A stretch of DNA of 64,000 nt from Podarcis vaucheri (GCA_965113315.1 OZ220363.1), one strand, 5' to 3'; shown: positions 11,979 to 25,660, counted from the first letter of the stretch. Notes: generated by a model not told the origin, from the letters alone. Numbers and translations are program-made.

Positions 11979-12246
11979 ACAAAGATAGTTGCAAATCATC
12001 TCAGAGACTAGCATTAATGCAACCAAGGTGGCACAGGTAAAACTCCAAAAATGTGATTACTTGAGGGTAGATTTTAAAAAAATAAATTACCGCACAGCTA
12101 AGATAGATCTCATTACTGATTAATTCTGAAGCCATTTTGTATGGCACTTCTAATGTAGGTACAACTTTTTGCCCGAGTTTAGTCACATGGGTCCAGGTTG
12201 AATAAATAATGCATGGGTATGTGTGTGTGTGTGTGTGTGTATTTGT

Positions 12247-12603
12247 GGGACACGGATGGCGCTGTGGGTTAAACCACAGAGCCTAGGGCTTGCTGATCAG
12301 AAGGTTGGCGCTTCGAATCCCTGTGACGGTGTGAGCTCCCGTTGCTCGGTCCCTGCTCCTGCCCACCTAGCAGTTCGAAAGCACGTCAAAGTGCAAGTAG
12401 ATAAATTGGTACCACTCCAGCGGGAAGGTAAACGGCGTTTCCGTGCGCTGCTCTGGTTCACTAGAAGCAGCTTGGTCATGCTGGCCACATGACCCGGAAG
12501 CTGTACACCGGCTCCCTCAGCCAACAAAGCGAGATGAGCGCCGCAACCCCAGAGTCGGTCACGACTAGACCTAATGGTCAGGGGTCCCTTTACCTTTACC
12601 TTA
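12247..12603 (+). mobile_element. Sauria SINE
   Basis: Full head, body and ACCTTT tail; TSD tatttgt; preceded by (TG)n. Confidence 0.93.
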
Positions 12604-15600
12604 TATATATTTGTACCAATACTGATGCACAGACTAGGTTTTCCATTGGTATGTCCCTCCTCCTGGGAACTGGACTTAGAGAATTCAGCACAACTATTTT
12701 GAAATAACTATTTCATATTCACCATTTAGGTTTGAAGACAGGAAATAGATAATGACTCTAGTCCAGTAATTTATATCCTAGCAGAACTCTTGCCTCGGCA
12801 ATATCACCCCCGAAAAACCATCAAGGCCATTATTACATAGGCACAGCTCCATATCCGCAACTCCACATCTTTGTTGCCTTTTATGGTGATTGGTAATAGG
12901 CCACAACTCTGAAGCTGCAGGCTACATCGTAGTAATTATTTGCGAAAATTGGCGGAAATGACCTTTGATGTGACCTGTAGTAGAGGAGTGCCAATTATTT
13001 ACATAAAGACTAACCATAAATTCTGAATACTACATTTATTTGCATGTGTTTGTGTGTTTAGCCTATTACTTTACATCCTTCAATCTATTTTATTGCACTC
13101 ACTTTTTCTTAGCTTAGATCTATGACTTCAAAGTAGTCTGGTAGATATTTCACAGCACTACCAAGATAAGGCAACAGCACTGAGCTAAACACGGATGAGA
13201 AAACTATGAAAACAAAACTGTTGTGTCTGCTCCTTCTCCAGCCTTGCTGTTAATATAACACAGCTGTCAGTTTATTCCTTTCTACTAAAAACAACAGCTA
13301 TACTTAATCAAGAAAATTAGCCCTGAATCATGGAACATTAAAAGCAATCAAAAATTAGACAAGAGGTAAAGATGACAAACATAAGCTGGAAGGGCTCTGG
13401 CTTGTTGACCATTTTATTTTTGAATGCATTTAAGAACAAAAATTGTGGCCTTCCAGCAATGAAAGTTACACAAGAATAATAACAACAACATAGAATTATT
13501 AATAGAGTAGTTGCATGTATTTCTGTACATTCGTAATCCACATAGTATAGAATGACTGACAGACTGATTTTTCAGCCTCAAAATATTTTGCTCTAATCTG
13601 AACACAAGGTTATTATTTTTAGCATCACAACCCTTGATATTTTTAGAGGATTTTTTTGATGAGTACATGTACCAGGGAGTATCATTAATTTTCAGAACAT
13701 CTATAGTGTGATGCCATCTACAGACCGAGAAACAACAGTGACAATATAAACAAAGAGGATGACAAAGGAAGAGTTGCTGTCATCATGAACAAACTGATCT
13801 CCTCTACATAAAGGAGGCTGATCAGCGAATCTACAACACCACATTCATTCATTCATTCATTCATTCATTCATTTCTCTTATTCTCAGTTGAGGAATACCA
13901 GAAGGAACTATGGAAGCTGATGAAGAAATTTCCTGCAGATGTGCAGGACCAAATCCATAAAGCCATGCCTCTGTGCCACACAATGCTGGAAGCAACTTGT
14001 TTGAATAAAGTACCTAGACTGTCTTGTTTATCATTCACATTTGAAAAAGCTGCTATTGGCACTTATTAAAGAATGTGATCTGGATACAGTAGCAATACTG
14101 CAGGGTTCCTCTCTTCTCCTGAGTGCATGGTCTTATCCACAGTCCACTTAAACATAGATAAACAATCCATTTGAGGTTCAAGTGGCATGCTGCACAATGC
14201 TTGGATCAACTGATTTGATGACAGGCTCCTCGAAAAGCCTGCTCTTTATCTAAGAGAGATGTTCTTTGAAGGAAAACAACAGGCCCACATAGGTAATGGA
14301 CCTGGGCATGCACTGCAAAATGAACAAGAAGAGGAAGAGATAAACTGCACTGTGAAATGACCTGCAACAGCGTAGTTTCTAGTTGCAGTTGAATATTTAT
14401 CTTCAGATAATCATATATCTCTAAGCTACACTTCCAACTGCAAAATAATTTAAAATGGCAGCTTTTAGGTTTACACAGCTGCTCAACTAACGCTGGAAAA
14501 TTCTGTTTTAAAAAGATACAGCCTTGAAATTTCCTCAACTTATTTATTCTAATTAAGCACATTTTTGTTTAGCTGCTTTAAGGAGCACTAAAATTTATTA
14601 CAGTTTTCCTTTAACAAATAGCCTCAAGAACCATTGCTTCCTGCTGAACAAGACCGAAGGCCGGACGTTCAACCCTATTACAAGCACCATATATAAACAC
14701 ATAAAACTCCTCATAAAGTGACTGATGTTTACAAAGCAAAAGAGAGAGAAGTGAATGAATGCGCCCTGCACTGAAGTCACCAAGCTGTTATTAAAGTTTA
14801 ATCAACCCCAATGCACTTTATCAAACCTTAAATCATTCACTATCCCCACCAAGATGTTTCAATGGGCTTCTGTGTCGCGGGCCTGCAAACCTTTAAAGTG
14901 GTATAAGCATCAGGTCCTCCTGCAGAAGCCTGCTGGCCATGCCATGAATAACAGAAAGCAGGAAAAACAGTTCCTAAATCAAATATGCGCTCTTGGGAAT
15001 AAACACAGTTCCAAATGATGTAATTATAACAGTATGTCACATGCTGTTTCAAAATTAATATACCATTAAAAATAAAGAATGTGTGGGTAGGAAATATAAA
15101 CACAAATGATATAATGTTAGTTTGATGCCAGCTGCTGTCTGTTTTCAATCAGCCCAGCTGTTGAAAAGCTATTTCAGAGGGAGGAAAAGTCTCACTAAAT
15201 CAGGGAGATTTTTGTTTAGATCGGATCCCAATGAACCAAGATCATATTTAACCATGTAATACAAATAAAGTCATCCAGAGTACATATATCGTCTAAGAAC
15301 AAGTCAAGTTTGGTCTTGAATTCAACTACTGCTGCAGAAAATTTATCGACTTGATAGCTAGGTTAGTCTAGGGGAAATACAAATAGCCATACAAATGCAC
15401 AAAAGCTGAAGGAACAGGAATCATCATGCTGATAAAGACAAAAAGGCCTTCACTTTTAGACTGTCTGACCCTCGTTTCGCCCACATAGACTACTTATTTA
15501 TTGTATGGATGTTATATCTTGCCAAATAATCCTAACCAGATCCTCAAGGTACCCCAGGAAGAAATATTAAAATCACAATATTAAATAGTATAATAATCTA

Positions 15601-16077
15601 ATAAAAGCATCACATATGTAATAGCTTCAAAAAGTAGGTACAATAAAATTATTCACAGCTCTATCATAAACCATTAACAGAAAATATATAAACATTTTGC
15701 CAGCCTACAAAATATATCTGCATACATATACAAAACAAATGTTGCTAGCAAAGATGTGCCAGAGAGGCCTCATACTAACAGATGAATGAAATCCAGTATC
15801 TCATCACTGAAGAACTGTTGAGAAGTCATTACTTGAAAGACATCAGGGGCATTTTCCCAAATAATTAGTTATGACACTGCTATCAGATGAAGTGTGCATG
15901 AAAGAAAGAAATCAAGGAGAGAGGTGAAACCTCAAACTAAAACTTGAAGAATGATTTTCTGATACATTTACAATTGTTTCACACATTTTGATAGATAAAC
16001 TATAAAGGACACAGTGCACTACTATAGAATCTTAGTAGATTAAAACCATGGAGAGCCTGGTCTGAATAGAGACATTG

Positions 16078-16328
16078 GATTCTTATCTCATTTTACATGA
16101 TAAAGCTATTTTTGGCCATCTCATCCCTTGCTTTTTCCTGTAAGACCAATTGCAGTCGTTAACAGTTGTCAACAGGTTTACCACACCAGCCAATCACCCA
16201 TTCCCACCACCCTTCTGAGTAATACCCCTCCCCACCTTCTCACTATATATAAAGGTCTGGTGACTTCTGTTTCAGTGTATCTGAAGAAGTGTGCATGCAC
16301 ACAAAAGCTCATACCAAGAACAAACTTC
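16078..16328 (+). mobile_element. Penelope-like element 3'/pLTR remnant with minimal hammerhead motif
   Basis: Lizard PLE-type terminal sequence; ctgaaga-gtgtgcatgcacac-aaaagctc at 16281-16310. Confidence 0.75.
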
Positions 16329-17034
16329 CAGGTACATTGCCAAGTCCTACAAATGACAGAGCAGCTGCAGTCAGTCATTTGAGACTTAATCATGTTCGAC
16401 ATTCTTATTTTCTTTACTTTTTGTCCACTAATACATGTGTCAGATTCTATAGACTGTATTAATCTCATCACATGTGAAAATATAGACATTTTTCAAAGTA
16501 TGTGGATAAACAGTCAAACGAGAATGTTTTTCTGTAGTTTCCAGCCAATAAATTCATCTGCAGAACTTATTTACGTTTCACTCTGTTAGAAGCTTGTCAA
16601 GTAAGCCGCCATATCCAGGTTGAATTAGTTCCCTCTCCTTCCCCCTCACCATTTAGTGCAAAAACCTGAAAACTTTTCCACTTGACTGAGTTCAGTCAAT
16701 AGTACAGCTAGAATTTCCAAGCATTTCCTCACAAAGCTTAATTCAAGTGGAACAATATCAGATTCTCACCCCACCCTAACAACGGCTTCAGTGTTATTGG
16801 ATGCAACTGTCAATTCACTTGTCAAATGCTTGCAAGGTAAAACAAATTTTAAGAATTTACACAGACTTCCTAAGAATGTTGTCTCCTCATTATATTTTGC
16901 ACTTATAAGGCTAACTCCCTCTTTGGATACTGAGTATCCCATAACTATATGTCTTGAGAGATAGAAAAAGATTACACATATGAAGTTCAAAACACAGAAA
17001 ATGTTATTATCCTACACAAAGTTCAATACCCAAG

Positions 17035-17122
17035 CATAGCTATCAGCGTTTCCTTTTTTAAAGGGAAATTCCCTTATTCGAATAGGATTTCCTTTAAAAA
17101 AAGAGAAAAGTTGACAGCTATG
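17035..17122. mobile_element. Tiny palindromic hAT-like MITE
   Basis: catagctatcagc ... gttgacagctatg with internal inverted symmetry; TSD poor. Confidence 0.6.
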
Positions 17123-17291
17123 CCATTAAGAAGCAGTTGTGAAACATGAATCCCCAAATGCTGCCTTTATCGATTCTAATCATGAATATATGTTTGGAAC
17201 TTTGCCCAAATTGTCTCCATTTCAGCAGCTAAGATCACTCTCATGGCACAAACCCCTACAACGAATATAAGCTATTAGGACTAGCTACTGT

Positions 17292-17665
17292 GGGACACGA
17301 GTGGCGCTGTGGTCTAAACCACTGAGCCGCTTAAGCTTGCCAACTGGAAAGTTGGTGGTTCGAATTCACCTGACGGGGAGAGCTCCCGTTGCTCTGTCCC
17401 AGCTCCTGCCAACCTAGCAGTTTGAAAACATACAAGTAGATAAATAGATACCCCTGTGGCGGGAAGGTAAACAGCATTTCCATGCGCACTGGCACTCGTC
17501 ACAGTGTCCCATTGCACCAGAAACTGATTAGTCATGCTGGCCACATGACCCAGAAAACTGTCTGTGGACAAATGGCGGCTCCTTGGTCTGAAAAATGAGA
17601 TGAGAACCGCACCCCATAGTTACCTTTGACTGGACTTAACTGTCCAGGGGTGTTTTACCTTTACC
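17292..17665 (+). mobile_element. Sauria SINE (older)
   Basis: Aligns by eye with 10027 and 12247 copies; tttacctttacc tail. Confidence 0.9.
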
Positions 17666-18207
17666 ATCAAACTTACCCCCCCCCCCAAAAAAAACATACC
17701 TGTGCAAATTCTAGTTGTCTCTTCACCTATTTTAGTTTAGCTTCCCCAGAATGTCAAATGGGGATTAAATGCCAATACAGATATGGCCTCAAGTTCATCT
17801 TTTTTACTATTAAGGGGATGATAAGATAACTGTAAAATTTAAAGTACTTACTTAACTAACATGTAACATGAGATATAAACCAGCTTTATCTACTCTTCTG
17901 GAAAGTTGTCTTTGATCAACTAGAATTATCCCTATGCAGATGATATTGGGGAGCTGACTCTTCTTTCAGCATTCTTGAGTTAGTAATATTTCTGTTCCTA
18001 CTTGTGAGTCAGCTTATATTTCATAATGTGACATGTAAAGTCTTTCCATTAAACTTTCCATTTTTGAGACTAGGTTCTTCACACGCAAAAAATATTCTTG
18101 TGGCTATCACTACAAGGTTAATTTTTAAAACAACAAATCAAAACAAAACAAGAAACCTTCCAGCTTTTCCAGGGGTATTAGTTTTGACATTTGCAGCTTC
18201 ATAAAGC

Positions 18208-19495
18208 TGTAGGCGTCAGAATACGCCACCCCAATCTCCAAGCTGTGTGAAATTCCAGAGTTTCCATGTTTTTACTCAGGGTCTGTGTTTCCTTTTGGAA
18301 ATGAAGCACAGTAGAGACTGTGATGTCTTTATGATATATAGTTTATTAACACATATATACAACCCAAGCCTGCGATGGAGGAGCTCCCAGCATTACACTC
18401 CAAGAGGGTCTGTCTTTTCTCATAGCTACAGCCTTGGATTCAAACAGAAATCAAACATGCTCTAAATTAAAATGTGGCTCTGGCCCTCTCGCCAGCTTGC
18501 TGTATTTTACAGCCTGCAACATCATTGCAAAAAAACACAAAACCACCCTAAGCTCTCCACTCTGCTTCAAAGAGTCTCTTTCTGTCTTCTGCCTGACTCA
18601 GAGCTGGAGGAGGGGCCTCTCCCATTTTTCATCTGGCACAGTCCTTGCCTTCTTAATGGTCCTTCCCGTTGTCCTCTTTGAATGACCCATCTCTCCAAGC
18701 AAAGACTCTCCTCCCTGGAAGAGAGGGGAGTGGTTGTGGGCAGGAGACCAAGCTCCGCCCCTGGTAGGGGGCATTAGCCCCCTCCCCTCCTTACCTGGCT
18801 GGCGCCCACGCCCACCGGAGGTAGCCAACCAGGTGCCTCCGGGGGGCGTGTGTAGCAGCTTAATGCTGTGGTGCCAGCTCCGCCTCCTTCTCATTCGTCG
18901 TCGTCCCTCTAAAAGCATGCAATCTTTTCGCACCCAATGGCAGAACTAAAAATTGAGTTGTTGGTTTCCCTTGTTTATCTTTTGGGAAGGAAGGAAGGAT
19001 AATCTTTTGTCCTCCTTTACTACATTTTATGCTTTTAGCTTCTACCGGATCTTTTATACCCCGCTGATCCTTTAGCAAAGATTACTGCTAAATCTGTTTA
19101 GTTTTTCTTTTCTTATGTACAGTATTAGTACCGCACCTCCAGATAAGGAGCTGGTATCAGGCTACAGGAGATTTACCGTATTTTTCGCTCTATAAGACGC
19201 ACCAGACCACAAAACACACCTAGTTTTTGGAGGAGGAAAACAAGAAAAAAAATATTCTGAATCTCAGAAGCCAGAACAGCAAGAGGGATCGCTGCACAGT
19301 GAAAGCAGCAATCCCTCTTTGCTGTTCTGGCTTCTGTGATAGCTGTGCAGCCTGCATTCGCTTCATAAGACACACACACATTTCCCCTTACTTTTTAGGA
19401 GGGAAAAAGTGAGTCTTATAGAGCAAAAAATACGGTATACCTTCTCTAGCCAAATCTCTCTTTGCACGGTAATGATTTAAGCACTTGACACCACA
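18208..19495 (-). mobile_element. Possible solo LTR-like repeat
   Basis: TGT...ACA ends with weak inverted similarity (tgtaggcgtca / tgacaccaca), reverse AATAAA near 18343, GC-box-rich core 18720-18900. No TSD found. Confidence 0.3.
19176..19435. mobile_element. Tc1/mariner (Tc2-type) MITE
   Basis: TIR CCGTATTTTTCGCTCTATAAGAC, TA TSD. Confidence 0.9.
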
Positions 19496-20656
19496 TTTAA
19501 GTACAAATAAATAAATAAATACATGACTTCAACCATTATTTTGACAAAATGTGTGTGACTATACAGATTGCCCTCCCTGTCTTTAGCCATGTGGACCCAT
19601 TTCTGCAATTCTATGCATCATTACTCAGCAGTAAGTCTGACTTCCATTGAGTTCAATGGGACGTATACTTGAGAAATTGTGTACGGGATTGCTGCCGTAG
19701 AGAAATAAAATGGTACACATTATGTGAAATATATTCCAGCAAAGAGAAAGACTATTAAATATCCATTTAACATTTTAAAAAGACAATAAAAATAACCCAT
19801 ATTGAAAGATAATTTCAACATCTAACAAAAATAAAGTTCCCGATGCTGAGCAGCAGAAGGAAAACGATACTGATATTTCCCCTCACTATTTAATTAAGAA
19901 CAATAAAATCTCAATGTGTTTGAGATTTTAACTGCCCCCACAGCCCTCTACAGCCTCTACTATTACGTATACAGGGCAACCAAGGTTGAGTCTGAACACA
20001 GTTCAAGCTTTCCTTAAGCAGAAAAAGCTGTTCTATTAGACATAAACAAATCTGCTGGCATGGCAATAGTAGTCCTGCTATAATTAACAGAGGCAAATGT
20101 AAGAACATGAGAAAATCTTCAAGCAAGAGAGAAATATGAAAAATGCAGAAAGTGTTCTGGATGAGAAATCCACTTTCTGCCTCTTCGCGGTTCCAGCATC
20201 AGAGAATGTTTCTAAAATCAACACAATGGCCAAATCTGTTTTTAATGGTAGGGCTCTCTACCACCACACACACTCACACACAACATCAAGAGCACTCCTT
20301 CAAACTGGCTGACTGCAACTCTTGTTGCCTTGCTTTTCACTTAAGAATTCAGCACAAGGTAATGCTTTGCTTCATTACGCTCCTTTACTTTTCCCATGAA
20401 AAACTTGGTAAGGGTTTCTTAAGTACACAGATAACAGTGTAGTAAGGGAAGGCTGCACACTTCCCCAAAAAAGTTATCTTATTGTATGTAAACTATACAC
20501 ACTAATTAAAAAACACAATGAAAAGTGCTGACATGCACTTTGCAAGACAGATTTTCCCATATTACTAGTCATATTCTGAAAAGTGTGACATTATAGATCG
20601 AAGAATACAAGGATTAATTTCATTCAACTGCATGGGAAGTCTGAAATGCACGACAA

Positions 20657-20893
20657 GGGGTGGAATTCAATGTCACGCTATGGTGAATGTTCCATCAGCA
20701 CAAGAATTGCAGCCTGCCAGATGGAAGAATCCCCCTATTCCCCCTATGTATTGTTCTGGCGGTTCTCTTCACACACCCCAAAGCCAGTTTTGGAGGGTGT
20801 GGGTACGGGGGAAAGAGAGGGGGGAAGCTTCATTGCATAAGCAGAAGCCCTTGTGTAGGGCTTGCGCTGATAGAACGCATTAGGTAAATCCTG
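20657..20893. mobile_element. Old palindromic MITE; related sequences at ~51655-51860 and ~62285-62700
   Basis: Degenerate inverted arms (ttccatcagcacaag / cttgcgctgatagaa) with motifs shared across the copies. Confidence 0.45.
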
Positions 20894-21844
20894 CTCAAGG
20901 TAATTTGAACTGAAGCAATAGCAAATGATGTTAGATAATCTCTGGATTTTAGACACTGAAAGTCTTGCCATATAACTTACTCACTCTGCACTGCATAAAT
21001 CTAGATGGTGGGCATTAGAGAACAAAAAGGTCATCTGGAGGAATTCAGATACTTTTCTGCAAGCACAAGTTGATGAGACTGATGGGTGTTGGTAGCCTAA
21101 AATACCTGGAAGACTCCAAGTTAGGGAAGGCTGGTCCATATCATGTTGTCTGTGGCTGGTCCATGGGCATGGACCAGCAATATACAAGTTGGATCTAATG
21201 GCATTTAGACCAGTCATTGATCATTCCATACTGGCATACTTTCAAGCAAACCTAGTCATTTAGTAGAAAGCTCAAATGTCAAAAGCAACAAGTTCTTTAC
21301 AAACTTAGAAAAAGAATTCCGTATTTCCCTATTCATTATCCTTGAACTCGTCATCCAGTACTGATGCTTACTGAAGCCAAAACAGTACCATCCTTCGACA
21401 ACAGGCTTGGGGGGAAATATTGCAGAAGTACCAAGGGTAGGAGGAAACGCAGCAGGGGGTGATGCCAACCTAATGGAGACTGAGCATGATCAGGAGCCTT
21501 GGAATTTTAAGTGAGTTGGAAAAGAAAACCAGATGTGCAAGGGGAAAACCTGAAGTGACTGATGAAGGGCTTGGCACGATTGCCGCAATCCAGGAGGATT
21601 TAAAGCACCAAGGGCTGGCTGGCAGGGCGGAAAGAGGAGGTAAGTAGTGCAGAGGGGCTAAGAAGATGAATGGAAGATGGACAGCCTTTGTCCTTGACTC
21701 TCTTTCTCTCCTCTTTCCTTCTCTGAGAAAAACAAGAAAGAGAGCGCCAAGGAACACGTAAACAGAAGTGCACAGACACAGCTCATTATCCAGATTATCC
21801 TGGTTCACTGTGAAATGACTTTTTATATACAGTATTTTAATTTA

Positions 21845-22059
21845 CAGTGGTACCTCTGGTTACGAACTTAATTCGTTCCGGAGGTCCATTCTTAACCCGG
21901 AACCGTACTTAACCTGAGGCGTGCTTTCACTAATGGGGCCTCCCGCTGCCGCCACACCGCCGCCACGTGACTTCCACTCGCATCCCAGGGCAAAGTTTGC
22001 TACCGGGAGCTTCTGCTTCCGTTCATAAGGAGGATGGTAAGTAACCCAAGGTTCCACTG
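21845..22059. mobile_element. Tigger/pogo-type MITE
   Basis: cagtggtacct...aggttccactg, TA TSD. Confidence 0.87.
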
Positions 22060-22495
22060 TATTTAATGTTTATTAAATTTGTTCAGCACTTCATCTGAAG
22101 ACCACAGGGTGGTCCACAACAGCAATATCCAAAATCTTAATGTTGCTGTGACAGAACACCAGTGTGCGCAGCCCCCACAAAACCCAAACACAGCCCAATG
22201 AGGAAAGACCATGCTGAGGGGGCATAGCATGCTGACAGATTATTGGGGGGGGGGAGAGACAAAAAACCATGGTGGAGGGATGGAATGAAGTGTATGACAT
22301 TCTGAACAAAAGTACTCTACACAACAATGTATTTTATTTTTTCCAGCACCACATATGTCCTCTATCCTAATTCTTATGTAGCAGCATAGAAAAGCATTTT
22401 TGTTCATTATTATATATGAAGTTTCTATGCCAACCTTCATCCAAGGATCCCAGAGCAGTTTATAATATAAATCTTTATAACTTAGTTATTATTTA

Positions 22496-22667
22496 CAGGC
22501 AGCAACCATTTTGCACCGGGGTGGTATTCCCGCCCCCCGCCCCCCAGCATCAGCGGGAGTGCATAAGCCTGCCTCACTCTGTTATACCCCTGTTCTGCCC
22601 TCTTCCGTGTCCAAAAGGACCTGCGCATCGTGCGTCAATTGGACACACACAAAATGGTCACCGCCTG
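22496..22667. mobile_element. Tc1/mariner MITE
   Basis: caggcagcaaccattttg / caaaatggtcaccgcctg TIRs, TA TSD. Confidence 0.75.
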
Positions 22668-23838
22668 TATTCATAACATTTTTACCTTTCTCTTCAGTCT
22701 AAAAGTCTTCCAGAGCAGCTTCCAGATCAACAGAAAACAAGACATTTCATGCCCTCAGACTTACAATCTAAAAGGGTAGGGAAGAAGAAAAACAAGCAAA
22801 CCCCGTCGCCAGTTCTTAAACTTACAAATGCCCATTTCAAAGTAAACACAATTATCTGTCCCCATGTCACAGGTTGGAAGTAGCTATGTTGAGAGAGAGT
22901 AGACTATGGCCTACACTGAAGTCTACCCGTTGCCTTTACTGCAGGTGTGACAGATGCAAGTGTGGGTTTCAAACCAAATATCGCTCATCTCTCTCAGGTT
23001 GCAGCAACTGTCAACCTACTTATATAGTCATTAAATATATATATATAGATAGGCATTGATACAAAGTGCAACAAGCATTTAGAGAATGATTCCTGTCCTT
23101 GCAAAGGTATCTCCATTGGTAGCCCATCCTACATTCTCTCACTTAATTAATTTGACTACCGGTATACTGCCGCATACTGAAAAGCTAGCTTCCTCTTGGC
23201 AATAAAACCTAAAGTAAACGACTAGAGCAGTTAATCCATGGAAGGCTTGGTGGTAATATTACTCAGCAAGATTGATAAATATGGAAATAGTTAAAATGTT
23301 CTAACTTGTTAGACTTTTGCAGACTATTTAACACACTTCTTGGCCTCAGCACACACAAACAGCTAACTTGGCATGCCTGCAGCACAAAACATCACAAACT
23401 GAAAGTCAAAGCTTTCCACAAGAGAAATGAAGATGACATGTAGACCAAAACTAAAACTCAAGTGCAAGCTTCGCTGACCCCATCCATCCATAAAAATGAA
23501 CTTTCATTTATTTGGGTCAGCAGTCAGGCTTGCACGTTCACCCCTAACTCTGTGATTTTTAAGCTCATTTAATCAAAGTGCATCAGTGCACTACATAGTC
23601 ACATGAAGAAGATCAACAATTTGTACGAGGATTGGCTGCTACAAGCACAAAACTACTGAAAGGCCAACAGCAAACTACTATTAGCATGGTCAGGCACGAT
23701 GTGCTACATTCAAGTGAGTTCAGGTATAAAAAACAATAACACTCAAAACATAAAGGATTGTTATGCCCCAGATAAGAAGTATAGTTTTCATATTCCTCCC
23801 TGAACTCTGAAAACTAAGGAAATCACTGCATAAAGCAG

Positions 23839-23975
23839 CAGAGGTAGAGAACCTGCGGTCCTCCAGATGCTGCTGAACTACAACTCCCATAATCTCTGGC
23901 CATTGGTAATGTTGGCTGCAGTTGATGGGAGTTGGAGTCCAACACCATCTGAAGGGACACAGGCTTCTCAAGCCA
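23839..23975. mobile_element. Palindromic hAT-type MITE
   Basis: cagatg..aactacaactcccat / atgggagttggagtcc..catctg inverted arms. A partial relative lies at ~21070-21135. Confidence 0.7.
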
Positions 23976-24257
23976 GGAGGAAAGGAAAGGACATGCAGAG
24001 GCTCTAAATGACTGCATACTGGCGCCAGGCAAAAATGTTTGCCTTCACCCAGGCCTTTGTGAAGGGCTGAGGTAATTTGCCAGCTGTAAAGTAGTCACTG
24101 TCTGCTCCCTGAGTTACTGTATTGCACTATGAGGTTTAAAATTGCTGCTTTAATTGTCATGTGATTTTACTGTTTTGTTTAATTGTTATTGTTTGTTTTA
24201 TTCTGTGGTCTATTCTAGGATCAGTAATGGATGAAGGGCAGTACACAAATGGAAATA

Positions 24258-24530
24258 CAGTGGTACCTCAGTTTTCAAATGTCTCCATTGACGAACATTT
24301 TGGTTTATGAACGCCGTAAACCTGGAAGTAAATGCTTCGGTTTTTGAACATGCCTTGGAAGTTGAACATGCCACGTGGCTTCCACGTGCAATCAATCTGT
24401 GTTCAGCTAATCTCAGGAGCTCTCTTGCAACCAATTTGTTTTTGTGACTGTCTGCGCCTCAGTTTTCGAAAATTTCAGAACTCGAACGGTCTTCCGGAAT
24501 GCATTATGTTTGAAAACTGAGGTACCAGTG
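24258..24530. mobile_element. Tigger/pogo-type MITE
   Basis: cagtggtacctcagttttcaaa / tttgaaaactgaggtaccagtg, TA TSD. Confidence 0.88.
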
Positions 24531-25167
24531 TAATGGATCAATATTATTCATCTACAGAAAACTGAGGTTATAGTGCATAAAATGAATTTCAGTGCATTAA
24601 GCCTTTGAAGTAAATCTGTACACAACATGGAATGACACTGTAATGGAAACATATAGCAAGGTTACTCATTACTTCAAAATAATTGACTTTTTTTTCATTT
24701 TAATAGCCATGGTTATATCATAGCTGCAGTTTCCTTAAAAAGAAAAGAAAAAGCTACTTGCAGATTATATGCATGCCAAATCTTCATTCTAGGCTATGTA
24801 TCAATTGCCAAACTTTTATAGCATGTCTTTTATGCTTTGCCACCTCTTTTAGTGTGATTTATGAATGATTCAACAGTTACAGACAGAAGGAGTCATAAAG
24901 AGCAAATGGAAAAATGAATCCATTGAAAACACCATGTAACACCATGTAACACCACCTATGTCTATGATATAAGAACCTGTCTGCAGAAAAGCTCAACACA
25001 CCAAACTGTTTTTGCAACAAATGTCTATAAACTTTTCGTTATCCATGTTGCACATCAGCCTACAGCTTAAAAATGTAATGCTCTTTTTCACAGCAGTAGG
25101 TTATTTCTCCCCCACCCCCACTACTGAGCAAAGCCAAAGTCTATCAATAATGAAATAATTTTATCTA

Positions 25168-25546
25168 CCGTATTTTTCGCTCCATAAGATGCACCTGACC
25201 ATAAGATGCACCTAGTTTTTAGAGGGGGTATGCAAGAAAAAAGATATTCTTTAAAGGGAGCGCTGAGCATCCCAGGCTCTGCTCAGTGCTCCCTTTCACG
25301 AGCCGCGTGGAGCGTGTGTGCGGCGCTTGAAGGCTTTTCCCTGTGGAAGGGGAAGGACAGCGTGGGGGAAGGGGCAGAGCATGGCTAAGCCAGAAGCTAG
25401 AACAGCGAGAGGGAGCGCTGCGCAGCGATCCCTCTCGCTGTTCTGGCTTCGCCGCGCACAGCCTACATTCGCTCTATAAGACGCACACACATTTCCCCTT
25501 ACTTTTTAGGAGGGAAAACGTGCGTCTTATAGAGCGCAAAATACAG
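25168..25546. mobile_element. Tc2-type MITE (longer relative of 19176)
   Basis: Same TIRs and subterminal sequence as 19176, TA TSD, plus ~120 bp extra GC-rich interior. Confidence 0.88.
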
Positions 25547-25549
25547 TAA

Positions 25550-25660
25550 TTAGGAATGTAAGAAGCTGCCATATTCAGACAGACTATTTGTTTATACTTT
25601 CCAGTATCATCTACTCCGATTGGCAGTGGCTCTCCAGTCTCAGACAGATATTTCCCATCT
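25550..25660 (-). mobile_element. Old tRNA-SINE 3' part (ggcagcttc tail family)
   Basis: Reverse complement resembles 42238-42391. Confidence 0.55.

Noticed and set aside
11757-12026. PolyN/polyI ORFs
   Set aside because: Translations of the (TTA)n microsatellite.
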